Shown here in pieces: positions 1 through 13,927 of a stretch of DNA of 64,000 nt (position 1 is the first letter of the stretch; the number at the start of each line of letters is the position of its first letter). The stretch spans positions 69,998,001 to 70,062,000 of the forward strand of contig OX597820.1 of the NCBI GenBank assembly GCA_951406725.2, written 5' to 3'. Both the position numbers and the translations under genes were made by a program. This DNA comes from Octopus vulgaris (Eukaryota). Under the pieces are notes generated by a model. It searched no databases and was not told where the DNA came from. It saw nothing but the letters and a program-made list of their open reading frames with translations.

Positions 1-913
1 GCTCTCCGTGTCTCCATCACAAACTAAAAATAGAAAGAAATTCCATGACATCATGAAGAATTAGCCCTAATTCCTTGAATATTGAGCTATAGATTGAAAA
101 CATCTCATACATAACAAAAGTAAATGACGGTTTAACTAGAAACAATAGCCAGCAGTTTGAGATAATTCGGATTACTCTTCAAAAAATAAAACCTAATGTC
201 CAAAAACTGCAGGATATCGAAGGTCAAAATGGTACTGGAACCAGAAGTATTCTTGGTCTTTGCATTACAAGCTAATGGTGCCGGTGTTTCAATGTGATTC
301 TGCCATCATCTACGTAACAATTGCTGCCTAACGTTCTAGTATTCGCAAGGGAAACACGTGTAAAGATTGTGTAATTTATGGCGTCATAATAAACTATTAC
401 GCTAACTCCTGTTTTATTCTGCTCTCGGATATAAACGCAATAGATAATTTAAATGTATACAAAAGCAAAAAGACAAAAAAAACAATAATCGCTTGAGAAT
501 GTATGTTTAGTAATTGTTTGAAATTTTGATATATATGGATATACACAGAAATCTAAGTATTGGTGAACCGTTTATGTTACCTCACTCGATACAGCAATTC
601 TATAAAACAAATAGTGCACACACACACACGCACATACACACATACACACATACACACACCCATACACACACACACACACACACAAACACAGACACAACAC
701 ACAAACATACATATATCTAAATATATATTATAGTATATATATCATGGTTGTATATGTATGTGTGCTATTGTCTGTAGTGTATGTATGAATATCTTTTATG
801 TAGCTGTTGACATCTCATATCTTTTCATATTCATATGCTCTTTCATATGATATCGTCACATTTGGCTGCTTTATCAAACAGATCAAGGAAGCAACTCTCA
901 CGCACAAATTCAT

Positions 914-949
<36 letters not shown>

Positions 950-971
950 GGATGGATGGATGGATAGATAA

Positions 972-1019
<48 letters not shown>

Positions 1020-1074
1020 AACTTACTTGGAGAAGGATGAGTGGCATTCGATCATATAATAATAAAAATAATAC

Positions 1075-1145
<71 letters not shown>

Positions 1146-1208
1146 TATATACATACGTAAATAAATGGAGTTGAACGCAGGTATTATAAAAATTCTTTTA
1201 CTTTCGAC

Positions 1209-1299
<91 letters not shown>

Positions 1300-1368
1300 G
1301 TAATATAGTTTTGGTCTCCGAGGACAACCCCAACAGAATTAAATTTGTGTCTAATAATTCTAAGATTC

Positions 1369-1400
<32 letters not shown>

Positions 1401-1411
1401 GTAACATAGTT

Positions 1412-1825
1412 TTGGTCTCCGAGGACAACCCCAACAGAATTAAATTTGTGTCTAATAATTCTAAGATTAAGAATTCTATATACCAATGTAAAATTTCTTG
1501 CGGTACCGATGTCTATTTCTACATTGGCGCGTCCTCTTCCCAATTATCTAAGAGAATTTCCAATCATTATTCTTCATTTAGGGATAGCAGTAAACGTTAT
1601 AGCACAGGGCTAAGTAAATTGATTTGGTATCTTAAAGACAACAATAAGGATTTTAAGTTAGATTGGTTCATTCTGTCCCTTATGACAAGGCAAAGGATTT
1701 TGTAACATTTGCAACTCTGAACTCTTCCATATTCTCTTCTCTAAGAATCACCTTGTTAACACACTTATAGAGCGATCTTACAAATGTATGCCCTGGTAGA
1801 AACATACCTTTAGCTCATATAAGTT
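1412..1825 (+). pseudogene. GIY-YIG endonuclease fragment of a Penelope-like element
   Basis: ORF 1412-1705 reads SIYQC...FYIG...KRISNHYSSFR...TGLSKLIW. The Cys-containing C-terminal motif continues after frameshifts. The upstream (AAT)n tract reads as in-frame poly-Asn. Confidence 0.8.
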
Positions 1826-2094
1826 ATTTTCCCAGTCTGTATAATTTGAACACTTAGTTCACCTTGCACTTTACTTCAATAGAGAAATCTACTTCCAAGC
1901 CTTTGAACATTTTTTCAACCAATATATCCCTCTTTATTTGTTCTCCATTTATTATTTCTTTACCCCTTTTCTTCCTAGGGTCTGCCTTTGACGTCGGATC
2001 TACTAACGGTTTTTTAAAAAATACTTAATAGCGTTCTGTTTATCATTTATGCAGTCATCAAAATTATTATGTCTTGTTGAGATTGGTTCCCTTT

Positions 2095-2180
2095 CTTTCC
2101 TGATGAAAAGATTGCATTATTTTACACCGTTTATTCCTTTGGAATAAAACCAATGTTGTCTTCGAAACATATGTCGAAAG
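2095..2180 (+). ncRNA. Type I hammerhead ribozyme, canonical core
   Basis: CTTTC-CTGATGA-[long stem II: aagattgcatt...aatgttgtctt]-C-GAAA-CATAT-GTC-GAAAG. Stem I is CTTTC/GAAAG, stem III is the palindrome ACATATGT, predicted cleavage after GUC at 2175. Confidence 0.8.
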
Positions 2181-3083
2181 TAAAAGTATTTGAATAACAC
2201 CTGCGCTCAACTCCATTTATTTACTTAAACTATACAAATAACTGCATATTAACCCGGAGTTTCTACCCTTTAATAGGTTGCTACATCCTTGTTACTTGCG
2301 TGAATTTTGCTACCCTGGTAACTGTTTATTGAATTTTCTATGCTAACGGTAAAACAAAGGATAATTCATTCATCCATTTATATATATATACAAATACATA
2401 TATATATATACAAATCGATTGTGTATATGACTCTCTTTGTAAGTACAAATCGATATATGTACACATGAGTATATATGTTTGTCTATGACTATTTGTGTGT
2501 GCGCGCGTGTGCGCGTGTGTGTATGTTTACACGCTCTTTACTCTGAAGGTATATTTAGTTCAAGCGACTATCTCTGACTTAGCATTCTTCTTGTTTGTGA
2601 TGATGTTATTGACAATGTATAAATGAAACTAACAAGTAAACAATTTCCAAAACAGAGAAAAGAGAAAGTGAGAAATCGATGACAGGTGAGTAAGTTAATT
2701 CATACGTACATTTTATTTTCATATTTATTTAAACCTTAATTAAAGGCAGTCTTTTAAGAGATTGTTCCATCGCTATATTTTAATTAAAATTTATTAGTGG
2801 TGTGATTTTGTCAAGAGACCACACGGGATTACACGCTTATCGGTTAATGAGCAGATCATAGACGAATCTAAAATTCATAAATATATTAAATTAACTTGTC
2901 TATTTCTGTTTAATATCAAATCAAATCAAATTTCTCAAAATTTAAGAGTAAACTTACTTGTATAACAAAAGTTTATAAAGAAATTCTTACAAATAAATAC
3001 AGACATACATATATACATACATATACATTCATTTATACATACATACATGCATACATACATACATACATACATACATACATACA

Positions 3084-3114
<31 letters not shown>

Positions 3115-3200
3115 GTATATATATATATATGTATGTATGTATTAATGTATGTATGTACATGTGTGTGTAATATATATTTACATATGTATATCTGTATGTG

Positions 3201-3265
<65 letters not shown>

Positions 3266-4498
3266 AGGACAGGGAGGAGGGAAGAAAGAGTATTTAGAAA
3301 GAATATTTTAATTTTAGGAAGAAAAACAAGATCCAATTTATGCAGTTCTTTATATTTCATGCGCGGCAGAAAACCTAATTTTAATTACAAATTCAAAAGT
3401 TTTATAATTCTGTTAGTGAGTAAAAAAAAAAAAAAAACAGTTTTGATATTCGTAAATTTAAAATACTGATCAATAAGAAAATTAGATTTGTTGTCTGATT
3501 GAATTTTCCTTTTTTTTTTGTTGTGTAGTTTTTTGTTATTATTTTTTTAAAAACATTTTTTTCTTTTTATTTCTTTGCAAAATATTTCCTGGAAAATTAA
3601 GAACATATTAAACGATTTCAGTAATTAAAAATACAATAGAAATCTCAGCTATTTTAAAAATTTATGTAAACTAATCTCCAAATAACACGACTTAATTTTC
3701 AGCAAATTCTGTAAAAATATTTGAATCTATTTTTAAAATCGAATATTTTGCAATGAAATTACTATTAATATTAAAAACGAAAGGGGGATATAAACCATCG
3801 TTACAAATGTAAGAGATAGTTTGCAGATACTCATGTTTCGTTCGTTTTTTTTTTTATATTTAAGAGGTGAATTGATTACGCAAATTGAGCGGAGGTTTTC
3901 AGCGTTCATTAACTCGTTGCATTGACTAATCAAAATTACCATTTTTGCTCTTTATTTACTGTTACAAGAACTAAATGGAAGCCGAGTAATTTTTATTGCT
4001 TAATCATTTATTTTGTTGTTGTAGTAGAGATTTCAATGAAAGACTTCAAATTCAGAGAACTTCTTGGAAACAATTTATCATGTGATTACTTTTAATATCA
4101 GGAATAGTGAAAAAGTAGTATAAGCACAGCAGTTCGAATCTATCTCTGTCAATGACTGCTTCCCGAAATATATATTATTCTGACTGCTTAGTTGAAAGTC
4201 TTCTCGAATGTTTTCTAATTATTAACATTTTGTTTTTACAATTTGGAGAAAGTGAAACTGACCATTGACTAATAAGGTGAAATCTCCGGATATTCTTCTG
4301 TCTAATGACTCTTTATATTAACTATGTTAGCACCAACTTAACTATATATACTCAATGCAGAACGCAAGCCTAGGTTTTTTTCTCTAGTCGTTCTCTTAAT
4401 ATCGGACATCTGTTAATGTTTGTTAACTCAAAATTTTAATATCTGTCAGTCATTTAACACCTAGCAATCTGCGATTAAAATATAATCAGAATTGTAGT

Positions 4499-4887
4499 TC
4501 TTTTCTTGGCACTCCGTCGGCTACAACGACGTATGTTCCAGTTGATCCGATCAACGGAACAGCCTGCTCGTGAAATTAACGTGCCAGTGGCTGAGCACTC
4601 CACAGACACGTGTCCCCTTAACGTGGTTCTCGGGGAGATTCAGCGTGACACAGAGTCTGACAAGGCTGGCCCTTTGAAAGACAGGTACAACAGAAACAGG
4701 AAGAAAGAGTGAGAGAAAGTTGTGGTGAAAGAGTACAGCAGGGTTCACCACCACTCCCTGCCGAAGCCTTGTGGAGTTTTTTGGTGTTTTCGCTCATTAA
4801 ACATTCACAACGTCCGGTCTGGGAATCGAAACCGCGATCCTAAGACCACGAGTTTGCTGCCCCAACCACTGGGCCATTGCGCCTCCA
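4499..4887 (-). mobile_element. tRNA-derived SINE (family 3, tail type a)
   Basis: Head GGAGGCGCAATGGCCCAGTGG...GGTTTCGATTCCC with A/B boxes on the minus strand. 12-bp TSD cagaattgtagt at 4487-4498 and 4888-4899. Confidence 0.85.
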
Positions 4888-5159
4888 CAGAATTGTAGTA
4901 GATTAAGTTGAAGGTTCACAGAAGACTTGCAACGTACTTCCCTATAGTTCAGCAGTTGCCATATTTGATACACGAACTCAGAGCAGTGGTTTACCTTAGC
5001 GTCGTATTCCATATTTCTCAACTCATCGGGAATTTCACATTATTGAGCTATGACGTAACATACTGAATCAGGTGAGAGACCTATTTGAAACTCAAGAATG
5101 TCACAGTTTGATTAGATGGTATAAAACTAGATACCGTGCAGAAGAATTTGTGTATATAC

Positions 5160-5370
5160 TTTTCTACTCTTGGCACAAGGCCCGAAATTTTGGGGGAAGG
5201 GGCCAGTCGATTAGATCGACCCCAGTACGCAAATGATACTTAATTTATCGACCCCAAAAGGATGAAAGGCAAAGTCGACCTGGGCGGAATTTGAACTCAG
5301 AACGTAAAGACAGACGAAATACCGCTAAGCATTTCGCTCGGCGTGCTAACGTTTCTGACAGCTCGCTGCC
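5160..5370 (-). mobile_element. SINE family 2 (Nin/Deu-like central domain)
   Basis: Matches the other copies in the window: GAGTTCAAATTCC B-box and GCCTTTCATCCTTT..GGGTCGATAAATTAAGT body. Confidence 0.8.
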
Positions 5371-5419
5371 TCCATCCTGCTTCATACTCTTGTGGAACCT
5401 GGGCAACTCTTCAGTTGGT

Positions 5420-5490
5420 CAGCTCCTGTCAACCCGTCCAACCCAAGCCAGCATGGAAAGCGGACGATAAATGATGATGATGATGAGGAG
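5420..5490 (+). mobile_element. 3' tail fragment of a retroposon ending in (GAT)n
   Basis: gtccaaccca.gc.agcatggaaagcggacg.taaa-(gat)n, shared with 40977-41075. Confidence 0.6.
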
Positions 5491-5519
5491 GAGGAGGATC
5501 ATCATCATCATCATCTAAT

Positions 5520-6330
5520 GATATATTTCAGGATGGTCATTTCTTTCTTGCCAAATAAACACACGTGCTTCACTCCTTTTTAATTGCTCTTATTTTATAT
5601 CCTGGAATTTAATTGCTCTTATTTTATATCCTGGAAAACTCTCGTCACACACCTGTGACCTCTTCGGTGACTCTGCATCCTGCGTGTCTCTTGTTCTGTT
5701 TAGTCCAGGAGGTGACATGTAGGATGGAGTGACGCTGACGAGGTCAAATAATGTGTGGCGAAAGATTTCCAGACAATGGACATAAGATAAAATAAGAACA
5801 ATAACAAACGAGTGAACAAAGAATATGTAGTGCGTGTGTTTATTTGACAAGAAAAATAAAATGACCATTTTATTTTTATTAAGGCGGCGAGCTGGCAGAA
5901 ACGTTAACACGCCGGGCGAAATGCTTAGCGGTATTTCGTCTGTCTTTACGTTCTGAGTTCAAATTCAGCCGAGGTCGAATTTGCCTTTCATCCTTTCTGA
6001 GTCGATTAAATAAGAACCAGTTACGCACTGGGATCGATATAATCGACTTAATCCGTTTGTCTGTCCTTGTTTGTCCTCTTTGTGTTTATCCCCTAGTGGG
6101 TAGTAAAGAAAGAAGTATTTCGTCTGTCTTTACGTTCTGAGTTCAAATTCCGCCGAAGTCGACTTTGCCTTTCATCCTTTCAGGGTCGCTAAATTAAGTA
6201 CCATTTACGCACTGTGGTCGATGCAATCGACTTAGTCCCTTTGTCTGTCCTTCTTTGCCCCTTCTATGTTTAGCCCCTTGTGGGCAATAAAGGAATTAGA
6301 AAAATAAAATGACCATACTGAAATATAGCA
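5520..6330. mobile_element. Diverged inverted-repeat element, probably PLE-derived, interrupted by a SINE dimer
   Basis: 5520-5672 is a diverged reverse complement of 5727-5868 plus 6317-6330. Each arm has a hammerhead-like C(T/C)GANGA-stem-GA(A/G)A core. Confidence 0.55.
5881..6297 (+). mobile_element. SINE family 2, head-to-tail partial dimer
   Basis: Full copy 5881-6115 followed by a 5'-truncated copy 6116-6297. 19-bp TSD agaaaaataaaatgaccat at 5850-5868 and 6298-6316. Confidence 0.85.
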
Positions 6331-6570
6331 ATATCTGTTTCAACACGTTTTCACATCAGGAATCTTGTAAAACAAATACACAAACGTAACATATATGATC
6401 ATAGTTTTGATGAAACATAAGATGTATTGATAGGCATTAAGTGAAATTTCTGTATTGAACTCAAGTGATATATTCTGTTTCTGAGCTTAAACCTTTAGTA
6501 TCTTAGTGATATTAGATAATTCTGTTAGAAAACAATAACTGTGGTATGTAATAACTGTGACATGTAATCA

Positions 6571-6780
6571 TTTCTACTCTAGGCATAAGGCCCGAAATTT
6601 TGTAGGAGGAGGCCAGTCGATTAGATCGACGCCAGTACGTTACTGATGCTTAATTTATCGACTCCGAAAGGATAAAAGGCAAAGTCAACCTCGGCAGAAT
6701 TTGGACTTAGAACGTAAAAACAGATGAAGTACCACTAAGTATGTTGCCCGACGTGCTAACGTTTCTGCCAGCTCGCCGCC
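6571..6780 (-). mobile_element. SINE family 2
   Basis: Full-length match to the family. Imperfect TSD aactgtga.a.gtaat on both sides. Confidence 0.8.
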
Positions 6781-8098
6781 AACTGTGATAAGTAATAAAA
6801 GAAATTAGAAGTCAACAAAAATGTTTACCGGTGCCTTACAGCTTACATAGATTTAGCAACATTATCCACCCTAAACTGTGCTTGGTGTCAGGTAGGAAGA
6901 CTACTAAAATTGAAATAACTAGTAACTGTTCAGTATTTAGTTTTAAAACCATTTATCTCAGCTATCTTCGTTGAGATGTTATATCGGAAACTTTTATCGA
7001 GAGCTGTATCAATAATGGTTCAAGCAAGCAATTTTGACGCATATTTCTCATAACCTCCAATATTATAGTTTCACACCTGATATTTAGTTTAAAATCTATC
7101 ATCTGTATATTGCCAAAGTTCCTAATTGAGAAAGTGTGTGAAAGCCTTTCGCTTTATTAGTATCTAATTGTATAAATAGAAAGAACCAATGAGGTTGTTG
7201 GAAGTACTAAAATGCTGCTTCGGGTAAAAAGTCAAACTGAAATAAGATAATCACAATTGTCTCTAGTTAATCAATTAGGCCTGAGGTTGATGATTTCTTC
7301 TCACCATACTGCTGGATTCACGAAGCCGCATCAAGAAAAGATAGGATAACTTGCAAACACCTCTGAAAATGTGGCTAATTGCTTTGAGAATGATAATTTA
7401 AAGAGGGAAAATTGAAATAATACAAAGCAAAACAGAATGAAACTAAACAAAAAATAAAACTTATACTAACATCAAGAAACCAAAACACAATTGAATTATA
7501 AGAATTGTTTAAGTTTCAAAAATATATGGCTGTATATAGAATAATAAACAAAGACAAACAAAAAAAACAAACATTGCGGAGCATTGCGCTGCACCACCTG
7601 CAAGATAAGATTTAGTAAATGTGATAAGTCCCATACCAACTGACTAATTTGCATAGTGTTTTAACTGAATACTGGTTTAAGCTGACTAAGCAACGACCAA
7701 AAATCGATATTTTAGGCGAAATACCTCTTCTAAAGGCGACTTTTGTTAGGCATGATAATGAATGTGTCACATATAGCGTTAATTACAGGATTTCTATGGC
7801 GTTGTTTCAACATTGTATCTTTAGATCTAATGTTACCTAAGGTCACTGTTTCTCACTGGAATACTGTAACTGTCGGGGTTTCTATCAGCATCTACCGTTA
7901 AAACATAAGCAGCACTAATGTGATTTGTTTGGGATTCTCAACTATACTCTTACTACTTAGAAAAGATTACGAGGTAAATGTATCAGTTGATTAAATCGAC
8001 CGCGGGTTTATCTGCCACTTTATCTTATTGACCTTGTGATAATGAAAGGTAAAATTAACCTCTATGGAAATTGAAGTCATAACTTAGGAAAATGTACA

Positions 8099-8403
8099 CA
8101 GTGATCCTTCGACAATCGCGAAGGTGAAGATCCGCGATAGGTGAAAATCCGCGAAGTAGAAACTATACTGTACTTCATCATTTATCTTTTATTCTTTTAT
8201 TTGTTTCAGTCATTTGAGTGCGGCCATGCTGGAGCACCGCCTTTATTTGAACAAATCTACTCCAGGCTTATTCTTTGTAAGCCTAGTACTTAATCTATCG
8301 GTTTCTATTTTGCCGAACCGCTAGCTAAGGGGGATGTAAACACAGCAGCATCGGTTGTCAAGCGATGGCGGAGGTCCGAACACACAAACACACATACACT
8401 TAT

Positions 8404-8448
<45 letters not shown>

Positions 8449-8771
8449 ACGGGCTTCTTTCAGCTTCCGTCCACCAAATCCAATCAAAAGGCTATGGTTG
8501 GCCCAAAGCTTTAGTAGGAAACACTTGCCCAAGGTGCCACGCAGTGAGACTGAAACCGGAACCATATTGTTGGTAAGCAAGCTATTTACCACACAGCCAC
8601 TCCTGCACCTATATATATATATATATATATACAAATTATTTTTATTATTTGTATATTTTAATTTTAATATACACGCAAGAAATCACCACGGAGGAATCGA
8701 CGTTAGCTTAAATAATTAGCTGCGATAGGTGAACCACAGCAGTAGAACCGCGATATGGCGAGGAATTACTG
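8099..8771. mobile_element. pogo/Tigger-type MITE with nested SINE
   Basis: Imperfect TIRs cagtgatccttcgacaatcgcg / cgcgatatggcgaggaattactg. TA at the right end. Internal repeats of gcgataggtgaa. Confidence 0.65.
8185..8610 (-). mobile_element. SINE family 1 (internal microsatellite)
   Basis: tRNA-like head, ccttgggcaagtgt body, internal (TA)n/(TG)n, tail ending gaaacaaataaaaga. Confidence 0.85.
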
Positions 8772-8775
8772 TACC

Positions 8776-9005
8776 TATTTCTTTACTACCCACAAGGGGC
8801 TAAACACAGAGAGGACAAACAAGGACAGATAAACTGATTAAGTCGATTATATCGACCCCAATGCATAACTGGTACTTAATTTATCGACCCCGAAAGGATG
8901 AAAGGCAAAGTCGACCTTGGCGGGATTTGAACTCAGAACGTAACGGCAGACGAAATACGGCTACGCATTTAGCCCGGCGTGCTAACGATTCTGCCAGCTC
9001 ACCAC
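8776..9005 (-). mobile_element. SINE family 2
   Basis: Near full-length match to the 5881 copy. Confidence 0.85.
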
Positions 9006-9348
9006 ATTACTGTACCACGAGTATTTTCTTCGTGTGTGTGTGCTGTCCTGTGATCTCCTAGGTCTCTCTCCCACCACGTAAGAAGTTATACGTATGAGAT
9101 GTGAAATTGAACTCATAACTTAGGAAAATGTACACAGTGATCCTGTAAAATAATGTAAAAAACATTATTTATTGCATGAAATTTTTTTTAAATATCCGTA
9201 TAAGTTTTCAACGCGAGATAGCTGTGAGAAGACCCTAGAAAGTTGGATAATTACTTTTAGAAGTCGGGGGGAAAAAAACAAAATGTTATCGAAAAGTACT
9301 CGAAACTTGCACCTTATTCACAGTTTCCAAACAACTTAAGCAGTGACT

Positions 9349-9397
<49 letters not shown>

Positions 9398-9493
9398 ACA
9401 CCAATACACACATGCGCTCACACATAGATACACATACACACAAATGAAAGGCAATGAATGTGTGTGTGTACGTATGTGTGAGTGCATGTGCGT

Positions 9494-9593
<100 letters not shown>

Positions 9594-10134
9594 CACTGTC
9601 AAAACTTCGTGTTGCATCATTTTTATGAAATTTGTCAGTGAACAGGTCGTGGTTTCGAAGCGACAGTAATATTTTGACACAAATGAAATTTTAATGTTGA
9701 AGTGAAACTAACGGCATTTGTGTATTCTTGAATGGCTTACAAACATCTTCTACGCTGCAATTGGTTTTGCTTCGGCACACGATCTCGGATCAGGTCACTT
9801 GCTACGCAAGTACACCTCCGTAATTTTTAAAAATCAATGTGGATAAATGCCAGCAATGACCTTCACAGGCTCTCCAATATTTTAGTTTCTAAACAGAAAC
9901 TATCGGGGGTAGGGAGTGGGGCTCAGGGACAAGGCGCTGTAATTGTTGTTGTTGATGAGATGAGAATCACGTCTGAGGTTCATTATGCTGCAGGCTTGAA
10001 CACACTTTCTTATTATATTCTAAATTTGCGGACTGAGAAAATCTAATTTTTATGATGCTAAAGTGCATTTTGAGAACAATTTTGCTGTGATTTTCAGAAC
10101 TCTTGTAAAAACATATTTCACCATTTTTTTTAAT

Positions 10135-10530
10135 TCTTTTATTTTATTTGATTCAGTCATTTGACTGCGGCCATACTGGAGCACCGCCTTTAGTCGAACG
10201 AATCGACCCCAGGACTTATTCTTTGTAAGCTTAATACTTATTCTATCGTTTTTTTGCCGAACCGCTATGTTACGGGCACGTAAACACACCAACATCGGTT
10301 GTCAAGCGATGGTAGTGGGGGACAAACACAGACTCACAAACACACAGACACACACACACACACACATATATACGACGAGCTTCTTTTAGTTTCCGTGTAC
10401 CAAATTCACTCACAAGGCTTTAGTCGGCCCGAATTTTATTGTAGAAGACACTTACACAAGGTTCCACGCAGAGGGACTGAACCTGGAACCATGATTTTGG
10501 GAAGTAAGCTTCTTACCACGCAGCCACGCC
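10135..10530 (-). mobile_element. SINE family 1
   Basis: Match to family 1 head, body and tail. Confidence 0.85.
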
Positions 10531-10639
10531 TCTCCAAGAAAAGAAAATAATAAAAGTATAAAATTAAGCGCAGACTAAATTCTGTTCTGTTTATGTATTC
10601 CCGAAATTTCTTCAGTTTATGGAGAATCTAACATAAAAT

Positions 10640-11016
10640 CTTGTTTTACTTGTTTCATTCATTGGGCTGCGACCATGCTGGGGCACCGCCTGGAAGGGAT
10701 CAGCAGAACGAATCGAATCCAGCACTTATTTTTCTTCTACAGTTTGGTATTTATCGTATCGGTGTATTTTCGCCGAAACGTTTTGTGCGTGTTTGCGTAT
10801 GTGTGCTTGTGGGTGTGTTAGTGTGTGCGTGCGCGTATATGTGTATGTGCATGTGTGCGTATTTGTATATATGTTCTTGTATATGCATATTTGTGTATGT
10901 GTTTGTGTGTGTGAGTGTGTGAGTCTGTGTTGTATGTGTGTTTGCCTCTGTGTGTGTGTGTCTTTGTGTGTATCTGCTTGTAAGTGTTTATTTGTATATA
11001 TGTTCTTGTATGTATG

Positions 11017-11047
<31 letters not shown>

Positions 11048-11911
11048 TTGTGTGTGTTTGTCAGTGTGAGTGCACGCGTGTGCGAGTGTATGAGTTTGTG
11101 TGTGTATGTGTGTTTGCCTCTGTGTGTGCGTGTTTGTGTGTATGTGGTTGTGTGTATATTTATGTGTGTGAGTTTCTGTGTGTAAGTGTCTGCGTGTGTG
11201 AATTCGTGCGCGTTAGTCTGTGTGAGTATGTGTGTATGTGTGTGTATGTGTGTGACTGTGTATATGTGTGTGAGTCTGTGACAAGAAGTTTGCTTTCCAG
11301 CCACGGGGTTCCAGGTTCAGTCCTGCCGCGTGGTACTTTAGGCAAATGCGTTCCACTATAGCTCCGGACCAACCAAGATCTTTTGAATGGATTACGTAGA
11401 CGGAAAGAAGCCCGTAGTATGAATGTGTATATACATGTGTGTGTGTATGTGAGCGTGTGCGTGCGCGTGTGTATGCGTGTATATGTGTGGATGTGTGTGA
11501 GCATGTTCATGCACATGTGTCTGTGCGCACGTGTGTGTGTGTGTGTTTGTGTTTGTCCTTCAACACTGGACAACTGGTGTTCGTTTGTTTACGCTCTCGT
11601 AACTTAGCGGTTCGGCATAGCAAACAGTTACAATAAGTACTGAGTATAGTTAATGAGGTACAGCTGTCGTTTCGTTCGACTAAAACCCGTTGCAGCAGTG
11701 TTCCGGTAGGGCCACAGTCCAAACACAGAAACAAGTAAAAGATATAATACATGCACATATAGGCGCATGCGTGGGTGTGTGGTAAAAAGCTTGCTTCCCA
11801 ATTACATGATTCCGGATTCAGTCCCACAGCGTGGCACTTTGGACAAGTGTCTTCTACCGGCCGACCAAAGCCTTGTGAGTGGATTTGGTAGACGGAAACT
11901 GAAAGAGCTCG

Positions 11912-11973
<62 letters not shown>

Positions 11974-12150
11974 GTGTGTGTGTGCATTTGTGTGTGCATG
12001 TCGCTTGACAGCCCGTAACTTAGTGGTTCGGCAAAAGCCACCAACAGAATAAGTAGATGGATTACAATGAATAGGTCCTGGGGTTGATTTGTTCGATTAA
12101 AGGCAGTGTTCCAGCATGGTCGCAGTCAAAATGACTGAAACAAGAAGGAA
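10640..12150. mobile_element. Cluster of SINE family 1 copies and degenerate (TG)n
   Basis: Partial minus copy about 10640-10780, degenerate TG tract 10785-11280, plus-strand copies about 11280-11740 and 11761-12150. Confidence 0.7.
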
Positions 12151-13054
12151 AATAAGAAGGAAAGAATATAGAGACAGAGCGTGTGATAAATAAAGAGAGA
12201 GAGAGAGAGAGAGAGAGGGGGGTGTGGATGAGAGATTTGCATATTTGTACTTATACATGCCTATGTAAGTGTGTATGTGTGTGTGTGTATACACCCACGG
12301 TTGTGTTCCAGCATGACCGTTGCCGCATGGCTGAAACAAATAAAAGGATATATGCATATCTATATATTTCAAGCCTAATCATGCTTATTTGTATGGAAGT
12401 GGCAGTTATGTTTACAATCATCATCTCGAAATGTGGCACTTAAACCATGGACTAACTAACAATGAAACTGGCACAATATATTCTTCCGGCACTAGTGATG
12501 GCGTTGTCAGCACGCCTGGATGAGCAGAGAAGCTGCACAGATTTCAGCCTTTTGTAAAAACCAATTTTAAAGTCAATCTGATTCATATATTTTGGTTTAT
12601 CCTCCTGTGTGAAAACGTTATTTCTTGCTAGTTTATAAAACTATAGTTTTGAGAATGCATACAATACCACGAAAATTAGAGCGGCAGATCAGTGCATTGA
12701 ACCAGAATTCAGGTTCAAATTAGAGGTGGAACCGGATTAATGATAGTCGGCTGCGATCAGTCACAATTTCAAATCGTAATTCCTATCTTTTTTTTTTAAA
12801 CAGTCGCTACCTGATTCGGAGGCGTCGTATCAGAAGCCTGTAAGGAATTAGCAGAGATTCTTATATAGAGATGAATATTTTAATTTGATTTGAGACGAGA
12901 TTTGATGTCAACATATCCTTGAAACTACTGTTTGTTTAGAAGTAACTTTATTACGAAGATTTAGAAATAGGTTTCATATACTGTTTTGAATTAGATTTAA
13001 TCCAAAACACTGCTCTAAACAATATCATTGCGTCTTCCATTATTGATCTTCTTC

Positions 13055-13927
<873 letters not shown>

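Larger units (their letters stand above)
1157..2378 (+). mobile_element. 5'-truncated Penelope-like retroelement with inverted terminal segment
   Basis: GIY-YIG fragment followed by a non-coding 3' region containing a hammerhead motif. 1157-1212 is an inverted copy of 2169-2224. Both ends abut (TA)n tracts. Confidence 0.8.

Noticed and set aside
1-420. Possible exon or LINE fragment at the window start
   Set aside because: No long ORF or recognisable motif.
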